Assembly: GCF_009914755.1 (NCBI RefSeq)
Contig: NC_060928.1
Direction: 5' to 3' (one strand)
Origin: the human T2T-CHM13v2.0 reference genome, Homo sapiens
DNA length: 64,000 nt
In this document: one piece after another, positions 59,503-64,000 of the stretch
Layout of the letters: each line of letters starts with the position of its first letter
How positions within the stretch are numbered: the first letter of the stretch is position 1
Position numbers and translations under genes: made by a program
Notes under the pieces: generated by a model
What the model was told of the DNA's origin: nothing
What the model saw: only the letters and a program-made list of their open reading frames with translations
Databases searched by the model: none

Positions 59503-59995
59503 AATGGGGCAGATACTCTTCAAAGATAGCTGTCAAATCCTCTCCTTTCTTTATGCATGTGCAGCTTTTTTCTATCAGGAGGTGGGTTCTATCTCTCTTT
59601 TTCTGAATCTCGACAGGCTTTGTGACAGGCTTTAACCAATAGGAGGTGGCAGAAGTGAAGCTCTGCTGCTTCAGGGCCTTGCCATTAAGAGGCTTGGCAG
59701 AGTCTGCTTTTGCTGTCTTGGATCTCGTCCTCGATGCCGTAAGGAAATCTAGGCCATCCTGCTGAAGAGGAAGGTCATGAGGAAAAGCTCTTGAAGATGG
59801 GAAATCACGGAGAAAGAGACGGCGTGTGAGGGAGAACCAAAATGCCCCAGCTAAGAGCCAGCACCACAACTGGAGACACGCTCAGCCCCTCCACCTGCTG
59901 AGTGCACCACACAGAGCAGACACAATCCAAGCAATAATTAATCACTGTTTGCATCATTAAGTGTTAGGTTGGTTTGTACATATTGGTTAACTTAC
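59503..59995 (+). mobile_element. MLT1 LTR (MLT1H-like)
   Basis: tcaaagatagctgtcaaatcc...ggcttgtgacaggctttaaccaatagg...gcagaagtga...cattaagtgttaggttggtttgt. Confidence 0.75.
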
Positions 59996-60904
59996 TTACT
60001 TATCTACTTAAAATTCCTTTTTATCATGTAATGATTAAAAGAGAAAAAAATGTAGGTTACAATGCATGATAATAAAACAAGACTTATGTGAACTCCCCAA
60101 GTGAGAACTAGAATATTTACAAAACTATTGAAGCTAAACCTGTGGCCCAATCAGAGATAATCACCTGATAATCAATTTGGCTATCCCCTTGCTTAAAAAA
60201 AAAGCATCGTCATTTATCTGTCACCAAATAACATAGCAATTAATTGAAGCAGGAATCTTTGGAGAAAGCTGTGTTCTGAGCCCTATCTCTTTGCTAATCT
60301 CTGAAAGGGAGGATATATGGGGATTATAGCTTAACTTCAAGACTTGAAAAAGAGATTTCAAGTGGATGACTCAGAGAGCTCTGCCTGTGCCCCCTGCCTC
60401 TGGGAGTTGAGTGGACAGAGATGGACTGGCTAACTGCTTTCTTTGGTGGCATAGCCAGGCGAGTTTCTGTTGCTGAGGTATTAGCCTGCATTCCCAAGGT
60501 TTATCAAAGAAAAGGTAGTGCTAGAGTTTTTCATGGACCATGGGCATTGAGAGAGAGAGAGAAGTTTTTAGTTGTGACCAGTATGAGCATCCAGAGAGCC
60601 AAAGAGACCCCAGCAGCAAGAAACCAAGTTCTGAGGTTCTCAAGGGTTGGTGAAGGAAAATTAAATAATAACCCAAAAGAGAGACACACAAGCTTAGTTA
60701 GAATAACTGCAGGACAGAGGGCCCCAATGATACAAATCTCTGAAAAGCCCAGGAGAGCCCCCACAAGATAGTTTTCTTTAAACACCTGCCAGGTCCAGAA
60801 GGCCCAAAGACAACTCATGATCATACTAGTCCAAGTCACACATTTCTTACACTCTTTCATCTCCTCTCTCTGTTCAAAGACAGAGGAGATGAGCAGACCC
60901 TCTT

Positions 60905-61060
60905 GCTGCTCAAAGTGTGGTCCCAGGACCAGTAGTAAGAGCATCACTTTAGGGCTTCTTAGAAATGCTGAAACTCAGGCCCCACCCAGATCTATTGAAT
61001 CATCTGCATTTTAACAAGATCTCCAAGTGATCTGAATATGCATTAGGGTCTGAGGAGTAT
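60905..61060. mobile_element. MER5A
   Basis: ctcaaagtgtggtcccaggaccag...ttagaaatgc...ctcaggccccacccag...ctgcattttaacaagatc. Confidence 0.85.
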
Positions 61061-61302
61061 GGAAAACCCAAGTTGGTGTTCACAAATTGGTAGACGTGCA
61101 GTGGGGAAAGCTTCCTGGGAATGAGAAAAATCAACACTTGAAACAGAGGAAAGCCTTTCTCATTAAACAAATCTTAGAGGGAAAGTGGGCAATGAAAGTA
61201 AAGTTGCATTTCATTTACATCCCTCATGTTGTGTGTGTTCTAAATATCAAGCATAGCCATTTGATAAAGGCTAGTTTATTTCTTCCCTTTTTGACTTTTA
61301 TA

Positions 61303-61630
61303 ATAGTTGTTTCTCAAACTGTAGTCTGCTTCAGAATCTCCTGGGCTACCTGAGCTTCAGAGCTAATGACTTGGACTTTGGACTCCACCTGTTTTGGTTT
61401 ATTTTTGTTTTTTTTAGAGAAAGAGTCACGCTCTGTCACCTAGGCTGATATGTAGTGGCATGACCTTGGCTCACTGCAGCCTTAAACTCCTGGGCTTAAG
61501 CAATCCTCCTGCCTAGGCCTCTCAAAGTGCTGTGATTATAGGCATCAGCTGCTACTCCAGTCCTCATCTGCAGTTTCTATAAGCATCCTAGGTAATTCTT
61601 ATATACATTAACACTTAGGATGACTGATCT
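61303..61630. mobile_element. MER5-type MITE split by an Alu monomer
   Basis: tagttgtttctcaaact...cagaatctcctggg ... atctgcagtttctataagcatcctaggtaattctta. Confidence 0.6.
61391..61561 (-). mobile_element. FLAM/AluJ monomer
   Basis: gagaaagagtcacgctctgtcacctaggctg...gctcactgcagccttaaactcctgggcttaagcaatcc. Confidence 0.85.
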
Positions 61631-63109
61631 AGCACTCGCTGGGTCCCTAGACTTTGTCCTGTGGCTGCCATTTCTTTCTCACCCTATGTTCCTGTATTAT
61701 TACTCTAAAGCTGGTCACATCAAAACCATGGGAGAGGGGAAGATCAGCAATGAGAGGAAGGGAGGGTAAATTCCATACTGTTGCTGAATGAAGACCATTA
61801 CCCTCAATCTTTTCCCAGCTTCTGCTCTCTTGCTTTGTGTATACATAATCCCATCTTTCTGTCCTAGCCCACCTGAGTTCCCTGTCTTCTAACCCTCTGA
61901 TAGCCTTAACACACACTAGGAAGCACAACCTGAAAATGGGGTAAATCCACTTGCCCTGCAGCAGTTTTGGGGATTGGGAGGACCAGCTCTCCCTGCCAGG
62001 GCTGTATTTATAGGTGGAGGTGTGTTCTCAAGCCTAGCTTGGAATGCCAAATGAATTTTGTTACAGAACCTAATGGAGTGTTATTACTTACACTTTAGAT
62101 CAGAACTGTGGACTGGTCTGAGAAAATGGCCAATATTAGCAATGGTTTTTAGTGAAAAATCTATCAATTTGACTTACGAATTTGGGAGACTTTAACCCAT
62201 TTTCAAACAGGGAACTGCTTCTGATACTGTGTCAAAGCTTGCAGAAGTTAAGGTGAATCTGTTCATTCACAGCCTCCTTGGGATATGATAACGTCTTTCT
62301 AAACAGAAGAAACTTAGCGACATCTCAGTAACACCTAAAGATGCCTCAGTCATTGGCATATGGCCACTCTGAATATGATATGGTGTTAAATTCACCAGAA
62401 AGACCAGCTTGTCCTAAAAAGTATATTTGTGGTTCTGAATGCAACTCTCATTTGTAAAAAGGATTCCAGAATCAAATGTCTAATCATTTCTTTTTGTTTA
62501 AGATAGGCTTTGTGATATTTCTTAGGCTGTAGGGGAGGTAGAAGGCTGAAGGCTGCAGGAAGATAATGGGCGTGTGGAGAGCCCTGCTGGGGCTCTGTCT
62601 GAGCTCCTCCTGGGAATAGCTTCCCTAGAGAATGGAACTCCATGGCCTCCACATTTCTGAGGGATTACCACAAACGTGGTTGCTGTCAGGAACAAAGCAA
62701 AAGGCAGAGTGATCCCAAAGCCCTCTTGCCCGGAATGTCCTGCTGCTGACATGAAGTGAAACTTACAGAGGAAGGAAATGTCATTTTCACACAGTTAACC
62801 ACAGGTGTACAGAGGGCCCCTTGGTGTCTTTCTTATCTTTTCCATGAGCACCTCACATCCACAGGGAGAGGAGCCAATTCTCTCTAACAGCCTTGGAAAA
62901 ATACTTGCTCACCAGTGAAGGTTATGTGAATCCTACATAGAGTTTCATATAGAATTTGGGAAGAAGCAATTTGGAAGACTTGATTTGGGAAACTGTAATG
63001 TTTCTCACATAAAATAGAGTCATGTATATTGCATTTTAATAAAATAATGTGTTATGTGGATAAATGTAACCTATTATGCTTGAATATTTATAAAATATTT
63101 CTTCTCTAA

Positions 63110-63345
63110 AGCGATGTGGTTTAGTGAAAGAAACATGCACGTTAGAATGAGTCAGAGATAGGTACAAATTCTGATTTACCTACTAGGGAGTTAAGTGTTT
63201 TGGGGCAAATCATTGGCAGTATATCAGAAATTTTCATCTACAAAACAGAAATAGTAATAGCAATCTCACAGGGCTATTGTGGGATTAAATAATAGAACAA
63301 CATTTAGCATATACCTGCACATAACAAAGACCCAATAATATTTGT
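63110..63345 (+). mobile_element. MIR
   Basis: gtggtttagtgaaagaaacatgc...gagtcagag...ttttcatctacaaaacagaaatagtaatagcaatctcacagggctattgtgggattaaat. Confidence 0.75.
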
Positions 63346-63459
63346 TTAAGACATTTCCAGTCAAATTCTATTTTCATATATACAGTAAGTTAAAAGCATC
63401 TTCCTGTTAACAAAATCAATTAATTGTGGTCAAAATATTAGGAATGTTTAAAGTACAGA

Positions 63460-63768
63460 ATTTTATTTCATTTTTTAAAAAATGGAGTCAGGGACTCACT
63501 CTGTTGCCCAGGCTGGGGTGAAGTGGCACAATCATAGCTCACTGCAGCCTCCAGTTCCTGGTCACAAGCAATCCTCCCACCGCAGCCTCCAGAGTAGCTG
63601 GAACTACAAGAGTTCACCACCAAGTCTGGCTAATTATAAAATTCTTTTTATAGAGATAAGGTCTCACTAAGGTTCCCAGGTTGCTCTTGAATTCCTGGCC
63701 TCGAGTGATCTTCCCACTTCAATCTCCCAAACTGTTGGGATTACAAGTGTAAACTGTCACATCCAGCC
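63460..63768 (-). mobile_element. AluJ
   Basis: Full dimer, J diagnostics (acaatcatagctcactgcagcctc). Confidence 0.9.
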
Positions 63769-64000
63769 CATAATTTATTTATGATGGTGACCTATTCTAT
63801 GGGCTAATGGAATATATTTATTTTATATTTTGTATTTAATTAGGTTTCTTGATTGATTACCCATCATGGATTGAAAAGTTATGTCAAGACCTAAAGGAAT
63901 AAGGAAATCTCCATGAACTATATATAAGTCTAAAAAATAATGTAATGATAGTGAAGAGTAAAAGATATTAGATTGAATGAAAAGTTGATTACTTGATTGC

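Overview
This is primate (human-like) genomic DNA, probably intronic or intergenic and dominated by transposable elements. I found no credible protein-coding exon, and the supplied ORFs are L1, Alu or LTR fragments or chance ORFs. The main items are a DYNLL1 (LC8) processed pseudogene (minus strand, ~3040-3665) and a near full-length, disabled L1PA3/PA2-type LINE-1 with a perfect 17-bp TSD nested in an Arthur1-like hAT element. There is also a two-LTR THE1 element, an MST element with a partly deleted LTR, two LTR54/MER57-like ERV1 LTRs, about 16 Alus, and many L2/MIR/L1M/MLT1/hAT fossils. I see no evidence for a new multi-gene system. The most unusual signals are local rearrangement scars: a 137-bp inverted duplication inside Charlie1, a 96-bp templated copy of an LTR-flank junction, and a small fold-back duplication. 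Other points of interest are a strong minus-strand bias of L1s (suggesting a long plus-strand transcription unit) and candidate regulatory clusters at ~55.1 kb (CTCF-like + CRE) and ~57.7 kb (EPO-type HRE + AP-1). Repeat subfamily names come from recalled consensus sequences and need RepeatMasker/Dfam confirmation.
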